From an uncultured Opitutia bacterium (GTDB lineage Bacteria; Verrucomicrobiota; Verrucomicrobiia; Opitutales; Opitutaceae), in the NCBI GenBank assembly GCA_903859715.1, contig CAIONS010000013.1, forward strand, positions 13,549 to 77,548: DNA of 64,000 bases, in the 5' to 3' direction. The translations under genes were made by a program, and so were the position numbers. How positions within the stretch are numbered: the stretch's first letter is position 1; each line of letters opens with the position of its first letter. Shown piece by piece: positions 18,347-26,951 of this stretch. The notes below the pieces were generated by a model that was given only the letters and a program-made list of their open reading frames with translations, was not told where the DNA came from and ran no database searches.

Positions 18347-18874
18347 TCACTTCCGCGTGGGGGGCGTCGTGTTGCCGGCCTGCTCGCGCAGCGCGCGGCG
18401 GCGGGCGATTTCTTCCTTCACCCGGTTGAAGCGCGCCACCTCGTCGCCCGGCGTGGGATTCAGCACCGCTTGGCCGGTCGCTCCCGGTCCGCCGGCCATC
18501 GGCGCAGCGGGCTGCGCGACCGCCCCGACCTTGGCCGTGCGCAGCGGCACGGTCAGGATGCGGCCCTGATAATCGAGCGTGACCAGGTCGCGCGCCGTGT
18601 CGTAGGCCTTGATGACGAAATCATGTCCCGTTTCGTTGAGCCGCGCCCATGTGCCTGTGTGCCGCACCGGATCAAACACGCTGAACCGGTAGCCACCTTC
18701 GTCGACGAGGATGCCACGAAGCTCCAGCGGGGTATTTTCGGCCACCGTCGTTCCGGCGGCGGAGGGCGGCAGAAACGGCGAGCTGGGCGCCAGGGCATCG
18801 GCTGCGCGCGCATGCCACCCCAAGGCGAGGCAAACCAAGGCCGGCAGACAGGCGTGGCGAACGGATCGGAACAT
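18347..18874 (-). CDS. secreted hypothetical protein
   Basis: 175 aa. Signal peptide MFRSVRHACLPALVCLALGWHARA. No family recognised. Confidence 0.55.
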   Translation of the reverse strand: MFRSVRHACLPALVCLALGWHARAADALAPSSPFLPPSAAGTTVAENTPLELRGILVDEGGYRFSVFDPVRHTGTWARLNETGHDFVIKAYDTARDLVTLDYQGRILTVPLRTAKVGAVAQPAAPMAGGPGATGQAVLNPTPGDEVARFNRVKEEIARRRALREQAGNTTPPTRK

Positions 18875-18943
18875 GACAGAGCGGGATTTGATGAGACGCC
18901 GAAACCGGCGTCAAGTGACGCTGAACCGGAGCCGTACCCAAAT

Positions 18944-20329
18944 TTAGAGCATCGTCCCGCGCATGATCATGAAGGCCACGGTGAAATAGATGATGAGCCC
19001 CGTCACGTCCACCAGCGTGGCGATGAACGGCGCGCTCGAGGTCGCGGGATCGAAACCCGCCCGCTTGATGATCAGCGGCAGCATCGAGCCCATGAGCGAA
19101 CCCCACAGCACAATGCCCACCAGGGCGGTGCTGACCGTGGCGGCGACCAGGATCCAATGGTCGCCGTAGGTGCCCGGGAAAACAAACGACCAGATGCTGA
19201 TGCGGAGAAACCCAATCACGCCGAGGATGACGCCGAGCGAAAAACCCGCGACGAGTTCGCGCCGCATGACGCGCCACCAGTCCCGCAGCCGGAACTCGCC
19301 CAGCGCGAGCGCGCGGATGACCAGCGTCGCGGCCTGGGAGCCGGCGTTGCCGCCCGAGCTCACGACGAGCGGGAGGAACAGCGAGAGGACAATGGCCTTC
19401 TCCAGTTCGCTTTCATAATACTTCAGCGCCGTAGCCGTGAGCATTTCCCCGAGAAACAGGATCACCAGCCAGCTCGCGCGCTTCTTGATCATGCGGGCCA
19501 GCGAGATCGTGGTGTAGGGCTCGTCGAGGGCCTCGGTGCCGCCGAGCTTCTGGATGTCCTCCGTCGCCTCCTCTTCCGCCACGTCGAGCATGTCGTCCAC
19601 CGTCACGATGCCGATGAGCTTCCGGTTGTCGTCGACGACCGGCAGCGCCACGCGGTCGAATTTCTTGAACAGCTCCAGCGCCTTCTCGCGGTCATCCGCC
19701 GGCGACAGCATGGTGTAGTTGCCGTCGAGCAACTCGCGCACCGGCCGGTCGAGCGGCGAGATCAGGAAACGCCGCACCCGGATGTCGTCCACGAGGTGGC
19801 CAAGGTCATCCACCACGAAAATGACATTGATCGTCTCGCGGTCGTAGCCGTGCTCGCGGATGTAATCGAGCGCCTGCCGCACGCTCCATTCCGGGTGCAC
19901 CGCCACGTAGTCGAGCGTCATCATCCGCCCGACGCTGTGCTCCGGATAGGCCAGCAGGGATTGCGCGACCTGCCGTTCGTCCGGCGTGAGCATGGACAGC
20001 AGCTGCATCGCCACGTCGAGCGGCTGCTCGTTCAGGAACGCGGTGCGGTCGTCGGGCGGCAGAGCGTTGAGCAGCGCCGCAGCCTGGTCCTGCGTGAGCA
20101 GCTTGAGCACTTTCTTCTGCCCCTCGGGCGGCATATAGGTGAACGTCATGACCACGAGGTCGCGCGGGCACACCCGGAAGAGCACCGCCAGTTCGCCGAT
20201 CGGCAGGTCGGCAATGATGGGCGCCAGGTCGGAGGGCGCCCAGGGCTCGAGGTACTTCTTCAGGGCGGCGAGATCCTTCCGGTCGATGAGGGCGATGATC
20301 TCGGATTTGACGTTGGCCTGGTCGGGCAT
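18944..20329 (-). CDS. mgtE: magnesium transporter MgtE
   Basis: ORF 18944-20395; ATG at 20329 (MPDQANVKSEIIALID...). N-domain, two CBS modules and a TM domain with the PFIATLVDVTGLIIYF motif. Confidence 0.9.
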   Translation of the reverse strand: MPDQANVKSEIIALIDRKDLAALKKYLEPWAPSDLAPIIADLPIGELAVLFRVCPRDLVVMTFTYMPPEGQKKVLKLLTQDQAAALLNALPPDDRTAFLNEQPLDVAMQLLSMLTPDERQVAQSLLAYPEHSVGRMMTLDYVAVHPEWSVRQALDYIREHGYDRETINVIFVVDDLGHLVDDIRVRRFLISPLDRPVRELLDGNYTMLSPADDREKALELFKKFDRVALPVVDDNRKLIGIVTVDDMLDVAEEEATEDIQKLGGTEALDEPYTTISLARMIKKRASWLVILFLGEMLTATALKYYESELEKAIVLSLFLPLVVSSGGNAGSQAATLVIRALALGEFRLRDWWRVMRRELVAGFSLGVILGVIGFLRISIWSFVFPGTYGDHWILVAATVSTALVGIVLWGSLMGSMLPLIIKRAGFDPATSSAPFIATLVDVTGLIIYFTVAFMIMRGTML

Positions 20330-20455
20330 GGGACGAGCCAGACATGTCGGCGCACCCGTTTCAACCCCCGGCCCGTTAAATATGCGCAACGCCATTTCGC
20401 CTCCCGGGGTTTTATCCGGCCGGCCCGACTGGACCGTCCGTTTACTGCTTGCCGT

Positions 20456-20485
20456 AGGAAACTTTAAATACCCTTATGGTTTCCT
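20456..20485. promoter_or_regulatory. inverted repeat in AT-rich divergent promoter region (candidate TetR operator)
   Basis: aggaaac-N16-gtttcct, 12 nt upstream of the TetR ATG. It lies inside the 167-nt mgtE/tetR divergent intergenic region, and a tataac/ttataa box is adjacent. Confidence 0.3.
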
Positions 20486-20496
20486 GAGATTATAAC

Positions 20497-21153
20497 ATGC
20501 CCGCCGCACTCTCATCCGCCCCGCCGGCCCCGCCTCCCCTGAAGGAGGAATCAGCGACCGCGCGCATCCTCGGGACCGCGCGACGCCATCTGTTCACCTA
20601 CGGCTACAACGCCCTGACGATGGATGACCTCGCCCATGAGCTCGGCATGAGCAAGAAGACGCTGTACCTCCACTTCCCGGGCAAGGACGCGATCATCGGC
20701 ACCATCATCGACGGGATTGGCCGGGCGATGCGCTCGGAAATGGAGGCCGTGCTGAACGACCCCAAGCTGACCTTTGTGCAGAAGCTGCATGCGGTCATCG
20801 ACGTGGTCGCACCGCGGCTGGCCCAGACCAGCCCCGCCATGCTGCGCGAGCTCCAGCGCTATGCGCCCGGGATCCATCAGAAAATCGACGAGCTGCGGCA
20901 GAAGAACATCCCGTACGTTTTCGGCCGGCTGTTCCGGGCGGGCATCGCCGAGGGCGCCGTGCGCGCCGATCTCGACCCGGATTTCGCCGCGCAATTCTGG
21001 CTGCAGGCGATCCGGGGGCTCACCCATCCCGACACCCTGGCTTCCACCCACCTCACTCCCAAGCAGACCTTCGAAAAGGCCCTCGAGCTGTTCACCGGCG
21101 GCCTGCTGACCTCCGCCGGCCGCAAAGACTATGAAAAATTATTCACCCGCTAA
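20497..21153 (+). CDS. TetR/AcrR family transcriptional regulator
   Basis: HTH region GYNALTMDDLAHELGMSKKTLYLHFPGKDAII. 218 aa. Confidence 0.9.
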   Translation: MPAALSSAPPAPPPLKEESATARILGTARRHLFTYGYNALTMDDLAHELGMSKKTLYLHFPGKDAIIGTIIDGIGRAMRSEMEAVLNDPKLTFVQKLHAVIDVVAPRLAQTSPAMLRELQRYAPGIHQKIDELRQKNIPYVFGRLFRAGIAEGAVRADLDPDFAAQFWLQAIRGLTHPDTLASTHLTPKQTFEKALELFTGGLLTSAGRKDYEKLFTR

Positions 21154-22096
21154 ACTCTCCGTCGTGATCGTCAGCCTGCTCGTGCTCGCCGGCTGCAGCC
21201 GCCAGGCCCCGGCCGGCTGGCAGGGCTATCTCGAGGGAGATTTTGTGTACGTCGCGTCGCCCCTCGCCGGCCAGCTGGCCACTCTCGCCGTGGAGAAAGG
21301 CACCCGGGTTGAAACCGGGGCCATGCTCTTCACACTGGAACGCAGCTCCGAGCTGGCCGCGCAGCGCCAAGCCGCCGAGCAGCTCAAGTCCACGCAGGCC
21401 CGGCTCGAGGATTTGAAAAAGGGCTCGCGCCCCAGCGAGCTCGCCGCACTCGAGGCCCGGCGGGACCAGGCCCGTTCCGCCGCCGAGCTTTCCCGCCTCG
21501 AATTCAACCGGCAGGAAAACCTGTTCAAGACCCAGGTCATCTCCGCCAGTGACTTCGACCGCGCCCGGCTCGCCAACGATGAGAATGTCCGCGCCGTCGA
21601 AGACCTCACCGCGCAGCTGGCCACCGCCCAACTCGGCGGCCGCACCGATGCCCTTGCCGCGGCCACCGCCGATGTCAGTGCCGCCCTCGCCGCCAAGGAA
21701 CGCGCGGATTGGAACGTGGATCAGAAAACCCAGGGCGCGCCGAAAGCCGGACTCGTTTACGACACGCTCTACCGGGCCGGGGAATTTGTCGCCGCCGGCA
21801 ACCCCGTCGTCGTCCTGCTGCCGCCGGAAAACGTGAAGGTCCGCTTCTTCGTGCCCGAACCGGATTTCGCGGCGCTCAAGGCCGGCGAGGTGATCCGGGT
21901 CCGCTTGGACGGCCGCGCCGAGCCGCTCGCCGCGCATATCAGCTATCTTTCGCCGCAGCCCGAATATACGCCGCCCGTGCTCTACAATCGCGAGAACCGC
22001 TCCAAGCTCGTGTTTCTCGTCGAGGCGGTGTTCGACGCTGCCGAGGCGCGCGACCTCCATCCCGGCCAGCCGGTCAACGTGACCGTCGCCCACTAG
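21131..22096 (+). CDS. HlyD-family membrane fusion (periplasmic adaptor) protein, YbhG-like
   Basis: Lipoprotein-like signal LLVLAGC. Coiled-coil middle. C-terminal PEYTPPVLYNRENRSKLVFLVEA block as in YbhG-type adaptors. Overlaps the TetR gene by 23 nt. Confidence 0.85.
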   Translation: MKNYSPAKLSVVIVSLLVLAGCSRQAPAGWQGYLEGDFVYVASPLAGQLATLAVEKGTRVETGAMLFTLERSSELAAQRQAAEQLKSTQARLEDLKKGSRPSELAALEARRDQARSAAELSRLEFNRQENLFKTQVISASDFDRARLANDENVRAVEDLTAQLATAQLGGRTDALAAATADVSAALAAKERADWNVDQKTQGAPKAGLVYDTLYRAGEFVAAGNPVVVLLPPENVKVRFFVPEPDFAALKAGEVIRVRLDGRAEPLAAHISYLSPQPEYTPPVLYNRENRSKLVFLVEAVFDAAEARDLHPGQPVNVTVAH

Positions 22097-22117
22097 GAAG
22101 TGCTTCAGACCCAGATT

Positions 22118-22206
22118 GTCATTCTGAACGCAGTGAAGAATCCAGTTCATCAGCATCGAAGGCCGCGGCGATATCTTACTGGATTCTTCGCTGCGCTCAG
22201 AATGAC
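22118..22206. repeat. inverted repeat, same family as 439-591
   Basis: Arm 22118-22146 (gtcattctgaacgcagtgaagaatccagt) versus arm 22178-22206, with 2 transition mismatches in 29 nt. Loop is 31 nt. Located 22 nt after the HlyD stop, inside the efflux operon. Confidence 0.85.
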
Positions 22207-22248
22207 AAACGCGGGATTCCCGGGGTTGAAAGCCCTCCTTAATTCCGC

Positions 22249-23175
22249 ATGAGCACGTCCGACCTCGTCATCAATGTCACCGGCGTCACCAAACGCTTCG
22301 GGGACAAGACCGTGGTCAACGCCATCGACCTCTCGGTGCGGCGCGGGGAGATTTATGGTTTCCTCGGGCCGAACGGTTCCGGGAAGACCACCTTCATCCG
22401 CATGCTTTGCGGCCTGCTCACACCGGATGCCGGCACCGGCACCTGCCTCGGCTACGACGTCCTCACCCAGCAGGCCGAGATCAAGTGCCAGGTCGGCTAC
22501 ATGACGCAGCGGTTCAGTTACTACGAGGACCTGAGCATCCGGGAGAATCTCGATTTCATCGCACGCATTTATGCCGTTCCCGACCGCGCCGCCGCCGTGG
22601 AGCGCAGCCTCGTGCGGCTCGGCCTGCAAAACCGCAGCCGCCAGCTCGCGGGCCAGCTTTCCGGTGGTTGGAAACAACGCCTCGCGCTCGCCGCCTGCCT
22701 CATCCACTCGCCGAAACTCCTGCTGCTCGACGAACCCACGGCGGGCGTCGACCCGAAGGCCCGCCGGGAATTCTGGGATGAGATCCATCAGCTCGCCGCC
22801 GATGGACTCACCGTGCTGATCACCACGCACTACATGGACGAGGCCGAGCGTTGTCACCGGCTTGCCTACCTCGCCTACGGAAATCTGCTCACGCGCGGCA
22901 CGCTCGCCGAGGTGCTCGCCGCGGCCAAGCTCAGCACGTGGACCGTGACCGGCCCCGACCTGCGCGAGCTGGCTGCGGCCCTGCGCGGCCGCGAGGGCGT
23001 CGAGCAGGTTGTGGCCTTCGGCAACACCCTGCATGTGAGCGGACGCGATGCCGCCAAGCTCGAGGCCGCGATCGCCGCCTGCCGGGATCCGCGGCACACG
23101 TGGGCCCCCGCGCGCTCCGGCCTCGAGGACGTTTTCATCAGCCTCATGGACAGCGCCAAGGACAACTTCGCATGA
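22249..23175 (+). CDS. ABC transporter ATP-binding protein (ABC-2 / YbhF-like)
   Basis: Walker A GPNGSGKTT, signature LSGGWKQRLALA, Walker B LLLLDEPTAGVD. Confidence 0.9.
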   Translation: MSTSDLVINVTGVTKRFGDKTVVNAIDLSVRRGEIYGFLGPNGSGKTTFIRMLCGLLTPDAGTGTCLGYDVLTQQAEIKCQVGYMTQRFSYYEDLSIRENLDFIARIYAVPDRAAAVERSLVRLGLQNRSRQLAGQLSGGWKQRLALAACLIHSPKLLLLDEPTAGVDPKARREFWDEIHQLAADGLTVLITTHYMDEAERCHRLAYLAYGNLLTRGTLAEVLAAAKLSTWTVTGPDLRELAAALRGREGVEQVVAFGNTLHVSGRDAAKLEAAIAACRDPRHTWAPARSGLEDVFISLMDSAKDNFA

Positions 23176-23201
23176 CCTCCCCGCGTTCACGCCCAAGTCC
23201 C

Positions 23202-23226
23202 GTTTGTCACCCAATAGGTGACAAAC
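23202..23226 (+). other. perfect 10-bp hairpin between the ATPase and permease genes
   Basis: gtttgtcacc-caata-ggtgacaaac in the 88-nt intercistronic gap. No T run. Confidence 0.6.
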
Positions 23227-23263
23227 TGGCCGGCTGCCCGGGCGGCGGGAAGAGGAGGGGCGC

Positions 23264-24397
23264 ATGAGGCGGTTCACGTTTCACCGGCTCTGGGCCATGG
23301 TGCTGAAGGAGTTCATCCAGATGAAGCGCGACCGCGTGACCTTCGCGATGATGGTCGGCATTCCGCTGCTGCAGCTGATGATGTTCGGCTTTGCCATCAA
23401 TTCCGACCCGCGCCACCTGCCGACGGCGCTGCGCACCGCCGACCAGGGACCGTTCGCCCGCACGTTCATCCAGGCAATGCGCACCAGCGATTATTTCGTC
23501 ATCGTGCGCGAGACCACCAGCGAGGCGGAGACGCAGCGCCTGCTTCAGCAGGGCGACGTGCAGTTCGTCATCAATATCCCCGTGGATTTCTCCCGCCAGC
23601 TGCTGCGCGGCGAACGCCCGTCGGTGCTGATCGAGGCCGATGCCACCGATCCCGCGGCCACCGGTCCCGCGCTCGCCGCCGTGAACGCGCTCGCCGGGAG
23701 CATATTCAACCATGACCTGCCCGGGCCGCTCACCCGGTTGCACGGCAAGGACGGGCCGGTGGATTTCCGGATTCATGCGCAGTACAACCCCGAGAACATC
23801 ACGCAGTACAACGTCGTGCCCGGCCTCATGGGCGTCGTGCTCACCATGACGATGGTGATCATCACGGCTCTCGCCATCACCCGCGAGCGCGAGCGCGGCA
23901 CGATGGAAAATCTCCTGGCCACGCCGGTGCGGCCGTTCGAGGTGATGGTCGGGAAAATCCTGCCCTACATCGCCGTCGGCTACATCCAGGTCAGCCTGAT
24001 CCTCGTCGCCGCGCGCTTCATTTTCAACGTACCGATGGTCGGCAGCCTCTCGCTGCTTTACGCGGTCGCGTTGCTCTTCATCGGGGCCAACCTGGCGGTG
24101 GGCATCACCTTCTCAACGCTCGCGAAGAACCAGCTGCAGGCCGTGCAGATGGCGTTCTTCTTCTTCCTGCCGTCGATCCTGCTCTCGGGCTTCATGTTTC
24201 CGTTCCGCGGCATGCCGGAGTGGGCGCAGGCCGTCGGCTCATGCCTGCCCAACACCCATTTCCTCCGGATCATCCGCGGCATTCTGCTGAAGGGAAACGG
24301 CCTCGCGGAAATCGCGCCCGAGCTGTGGCCGTTGCTGCTCTTCCTCGCCGTGGCCATGACCATCGGCGTGAAGCGCTACCGGCAGACACTGGATTGA
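23264..24397 (+). CDS. ABC-2 type transporter permease (YbhS/YbhR/YhhJ-like)
   Basis: 377 aa. N-terminal cytoplasmic KEFIQMKRDR, a large periplasmic loop, then ERERGTMENLLATPVRPFEVMVGKILPY and 5 further TM segments. Confidence 0.9.
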   Translation: MRRFTFHRLWAMVLKEFIQMKRDRVTFAMMVGIPLLQLMMFGFAINSDPRHLPTALRTADQGPFARTFIQAMRTSDYFVIVRETTSEAETQRLLQQGDVQFVINIPVDFSRQLLRGERPSVLIEADATDPAATGPALAAVNALAGSIFNHDLPGPLTRLHGKDGPVDFRIHAQYNPENITQYNVVPGLMGVVLTMTMVIITALAITRERERGTMENLLATPVRPFEVMVGKILPYIAVGYIQVSLILVAARFIFNVPMVGSLSLLYAVALLFIGANLAVGITFSTLAKNQLQAVQMAFFFFLPSILLSGFMFPFRGMPEWAQAVGSCLPNTHFLRIIRGILLKGNGLAEIAPELWPLLLFLAVAMTIGVKRYRQTLD

Positions 24398-24471
24398 TCC
24401 GCGCGCGGTGGTTGACTCCCTCATCCACGCCTCAGGCCGCGTGCGGAGCACACGGCCCACCTCGAACCCGA

Positions 24472-25806
24472 TCAGGCTGAAGCGGCGGATTCAGGTGCTT
24501 TTCCTCCCGCCCGGACGAGCTGCACCGTCTGCGTCGGGAACGCGAACGCGAGGCCCCGCGCACTCACCGCCCGCATGAACGCCAAGTTCAGCCGCTCCTT
24601 GAGCTTCAGCGAGGCCGGTGCGTCCGGGCTGACCGTGGTGTACACGATCAGGATATCCAGGGAAGAGACCGAAAGGTTGGTGAATGTCACGATGATCGAC
24701 GCCGGATCGACCTCCGGCTCGTTGCCGATCAATTCGCGGAAATCGCGAAGGATCGCCTCCATCTGCTCCGGCGAGGTGTCGTAGGTGAGCCCGAGAGTTT
24801 GCTCAACGCGCCGCTGCGTGAACCGCGACAGGTTGACGATCGCCTCGGCGGCCACGGTTTTGTTGGGGATGATCACCAGCGACCGGTCGATCAGCCGGAT
24901 CTTCGTGGAGCGCAGGCCGATGTCCTCCACCGTGCCCGTCTGCGCCCCGATTTTCACCGTCTCGCCCAGTTTGAAGGGCTGGTCGATGGCCACGACGATC
25001 GAGCCGAAGACGTTCGCAATCGTGTCCTGCGCCGCGAGGGCGAAGGCCAGTCCGCCGATGCCGAGGCCGGCGAGGAAGGCCTTCACGTCGGCGCCCATGC
25101 TCTGCGCGGTGAGGAGCACGCCGAAGACCACGAAGATCACGACCAGCGATTTCTTGATCCACGGCATGAAGGCCGCGATCCCGAGCTGCTTCTGCACCGC
25201 GACCTCATGCGCATGGTCGAGCACGGCGTTGAAGGCCCGCAGCAGGCCCCAGAACAGCACGAGGGAAAACGCGACGGTGGAGCCGTAGCCGATGGCCTGG
25301 TCCGCGGTGGCGGAAAGCTTGAGCACCTTGAAGGCGGCAAAAATACCCACGAGCATGACAAACGTCGCCACCGGCGCCTCGAGCGCCGGAAAGAGTTTGT
25401 CGTCCAGCGTCGTCTCCGTCTTCGCGGCGTATTTCTTGAGCCGGCTGAAAATGATTCCCGTCACTACGCGCCGCAGCAGCAGCGCACTGGCGAGCAGCAA
25501 AATGCTGATGACGTAGTGCGTCGCCGTGTTACCGCTGCTCCGGACGTTGAAGAGCCCGAGGATCTCATCCACGAGGCGCTCCAGAAAATCGGGTGACCGG
25601 ACCGGCACCGCCGCAGCCGTGGCGGTCACCGCCGCGGCATCCGTCTTCAGCACGGCCGTCTGGGCATCATCCGCGTCCTGGCGTGCCGACTCCTGCTTGG
25701 CCGCTTCCGACGAAGCCGGAGTTGCTGCCGGGGACTGGGCCCGGCCCGCCGGATTCCCGAGCGTGAAGGCAAGCAGGCAGGAAAAAATGGAAAGCAATCG
25801 CTTCAT
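24472..25806 (-). CDS. mechanosensitive ion channel family protein (MscS-like) with signal peptide/periplasmic N-terminus
   Basis: ORF 24472-26127; ATG at 25806 (MKRLLSIFSCLLAFTLG...). MscS beta-domain GETVKIGAQTGTVEDIGLRSTKIRLIDRSLVIIPNKTV. Confidence 0.85.
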   Translation of the reverse strand: MKRLLSIFSCLLAFTLGNPAGRAQSPAATPASSEAAKQESARQDADDAQTAVLKTDAAAVTATAAAVPVRSPDFLERLVDEILGLFNVRSSGNTATHYVISILLLASALLLRRVVTGIIFSRLKKYAAKTETTLDDKLFPALEAPVATFVMLVGIFAAFKVLKLSATADQAIGYGSTVAFSLVLFWGLLRAFNAVLDHAHEVAVQKQLGIAAFMPWIKKSLVVIFVVFGVLLTAQSMGADVKAFLAGLGIGGLAFALAAQDTIANVFGSIVVAIDQPFKLGETVKIGAQTGTVEDIGLRSTKIRLIDRSLVIIPNKTVAAEAIVNLSRFTQRRVEQTLGLTYDTSPEQMEAILRDFRELIGNEPEVDPASIIVTFTNLSVSSLDILIVYTTVSPDAPASLKLKERLNLAFMRAVSARGLAFAFPTQTVQLVRAGGKAPESAASA

Positions 25807-25811
25807 GGACG

Positions 25812-25918
25812 GCTGCAACCCACACGCCGCGGCAAACGTTGTCAAAGCCTCCCGCCCAACCCGCCGGGAGGAAATCCCCACGATGCTTCCACCGCGCCAC
25901 TCCCCGCTTGCCCGCAGC
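25812..25918 (-). promoter_or_regulatory. candidate yybP-ykoY (Mn2+) riboswitch-like leader of the MscS-like gene (weak call)
   Basis: The minus strand reads GGGGAGUGGC...(hairpin CCUCCCG..CGGGAGG)...CUUUGACAAC. Spacing between GGGGAGU and UUGACA is about 60 nt. Flanking GCUGC/GCAGC could form P1. The motif ends 6 nt before the AUG. Not verified with a covariance model. Confidence 0.25.
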
Positions 25919-25945
25919 GCGGCGGCCCCGCCATCCTGCCCGGAG

Positions 25946-26905
25946 ATGATGCCGCCCCTCGCCTTGCTCGCCTCCATGCCGCTCTGGGCGTGGGTCGCGT
26001 TTTTTGCCTTCATCATCGCCATGCTCGCCCTGGACCTCGGCGTCCTGCAGCGCGATTCGCATGTTGTGTCGATGAAGGAGGCGCTCACGTGGTGCGCGGT
26101 CTGGTTCGCCCTCGCCCTCGGGTTCAACGGCCTCCTGCTCGCCTGGCGCGGCCCGGAGGCGGCGCAGGAATTTCTCGCCGCCTACCTCGTCGAGCTCTGC
26201 CTGAGCGTGGACAACGTCTTTGTCTTCATCCTGGTGTTCGCGTTTTTCAAGGTCGACGCCCGGTACCAGCACCGCGTGCTGTTCTGGGGCATCATCGGCG
26301 CGGTCCTGATGCGCGCTGTCTTCATCCTGGTCGGCGTGGGCGTGATCCAGCGCTATCACTGGGTGCTCTATCTCTTCGGCGTGTTTCTCATCTACACCGG
26401 CGTGAAGATGGCGCTCCCCAAAAAGGACGAGGAGGAACTCAATCCGAACCGGAATTTCGCGGTGCGCCTCTTCCGCCGTTTCTTCCCCGTCTCGGCGCAA
26501 ACCGATACCGGCACTTTTTTTGTGCATGAGGGCGGCCGCCGCGGGGCCACGCCGCTGTTCATCGTGCTGCTCATCATCGAGACCACCGACCTGGTCTTCG
26601 CGCTCGATTCATTGCCCGCCGTGCTCGCCATCACCAAGGACGGCTTCATCGCGCTCACCTCGAATATTTTCGCGATCCTCGGGCTGCGCTCACTCTATTT
26701 CGCGCTCAACGGCGTGATGCTGCTCTTCCGCTACCTCAAGGTCGGCCTCGCGCTGATCCTCGTCTTCATCGGCGTGAAGATGCTCATCGTGCCCTGGGTG
26801 GTCATTTCCACCGCCATCTCGCTGGCTGTCATCGGGAGCGTGCTCACGATGTCCGTCCTGCTTTCCCTGTTGATCAAGGAGCCGGGAGCCGACGCGATCA
26901 AGTGA
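25946..26905 (+). CDS. TerC family integral membrane protein
   Basis: ORF 25526-26905. Likely start at ATG 25946 or 25976 (MPLWAWVAFFAFIIAMLALDLG). Motifs ELCLSVDNVFVF and ETTDLVFALDSLPAVLAIT. Confidence 0.85.
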   Translation: MMPPLALLASMPLWAWVAFFAFIIAMLALDLGVLQRDSHVVSMKEALTWCAVWFALALGFNGLLLAWRGPEAAQEFLAAYLVELCLSVDNVFVFILVFAFFKVDARYQHRVLFWGIIGAVLMRAVFILVGVGVIQRYHWVLYLFGVFLIYTGVKMALPKKDEEELNPNRNFAVRLFRRFFPVSAQTDTGTFFVHEGGRRGATPLFIVLLIIETTDLVFALDSLPAVLAITKDGFIALTSNIFAILGLRSLYFALNGVMLLFRYLKVGLALILVFIGVKMLIVPWVVISTAISLAVIGSVLTMSVLLSLLIKEPGADAIK

Positions 26906-26951
26906 CCGCAAGACCGGGAAACGTGAGCCCGTCAGGTTTCTGATTTTCCTA

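Noticed and set aside
20330-20496. M-box (Mg2+) riboswitch upstream of mgtE
   Set aside because: None of the conserved M-box sequence blocks I know are visible on the minus strand. This needs cmsearch to be definitive.
25807-26127. N-terminal extensions of several track ORFs: the MscS-like ORF to 26127, the DMT ORF to 9263, the Hsp20 ORF to 29191, the DCC ORF to 27656, the patB-like ORF from 33638 and the TerC ORF from 25526.
   Set aside because: The extensions overlap neighbouring genes or intergenic repeats, lack protein-like composition, and precede internal ATGs that begin obvious signal peptides or conserved N-termini.
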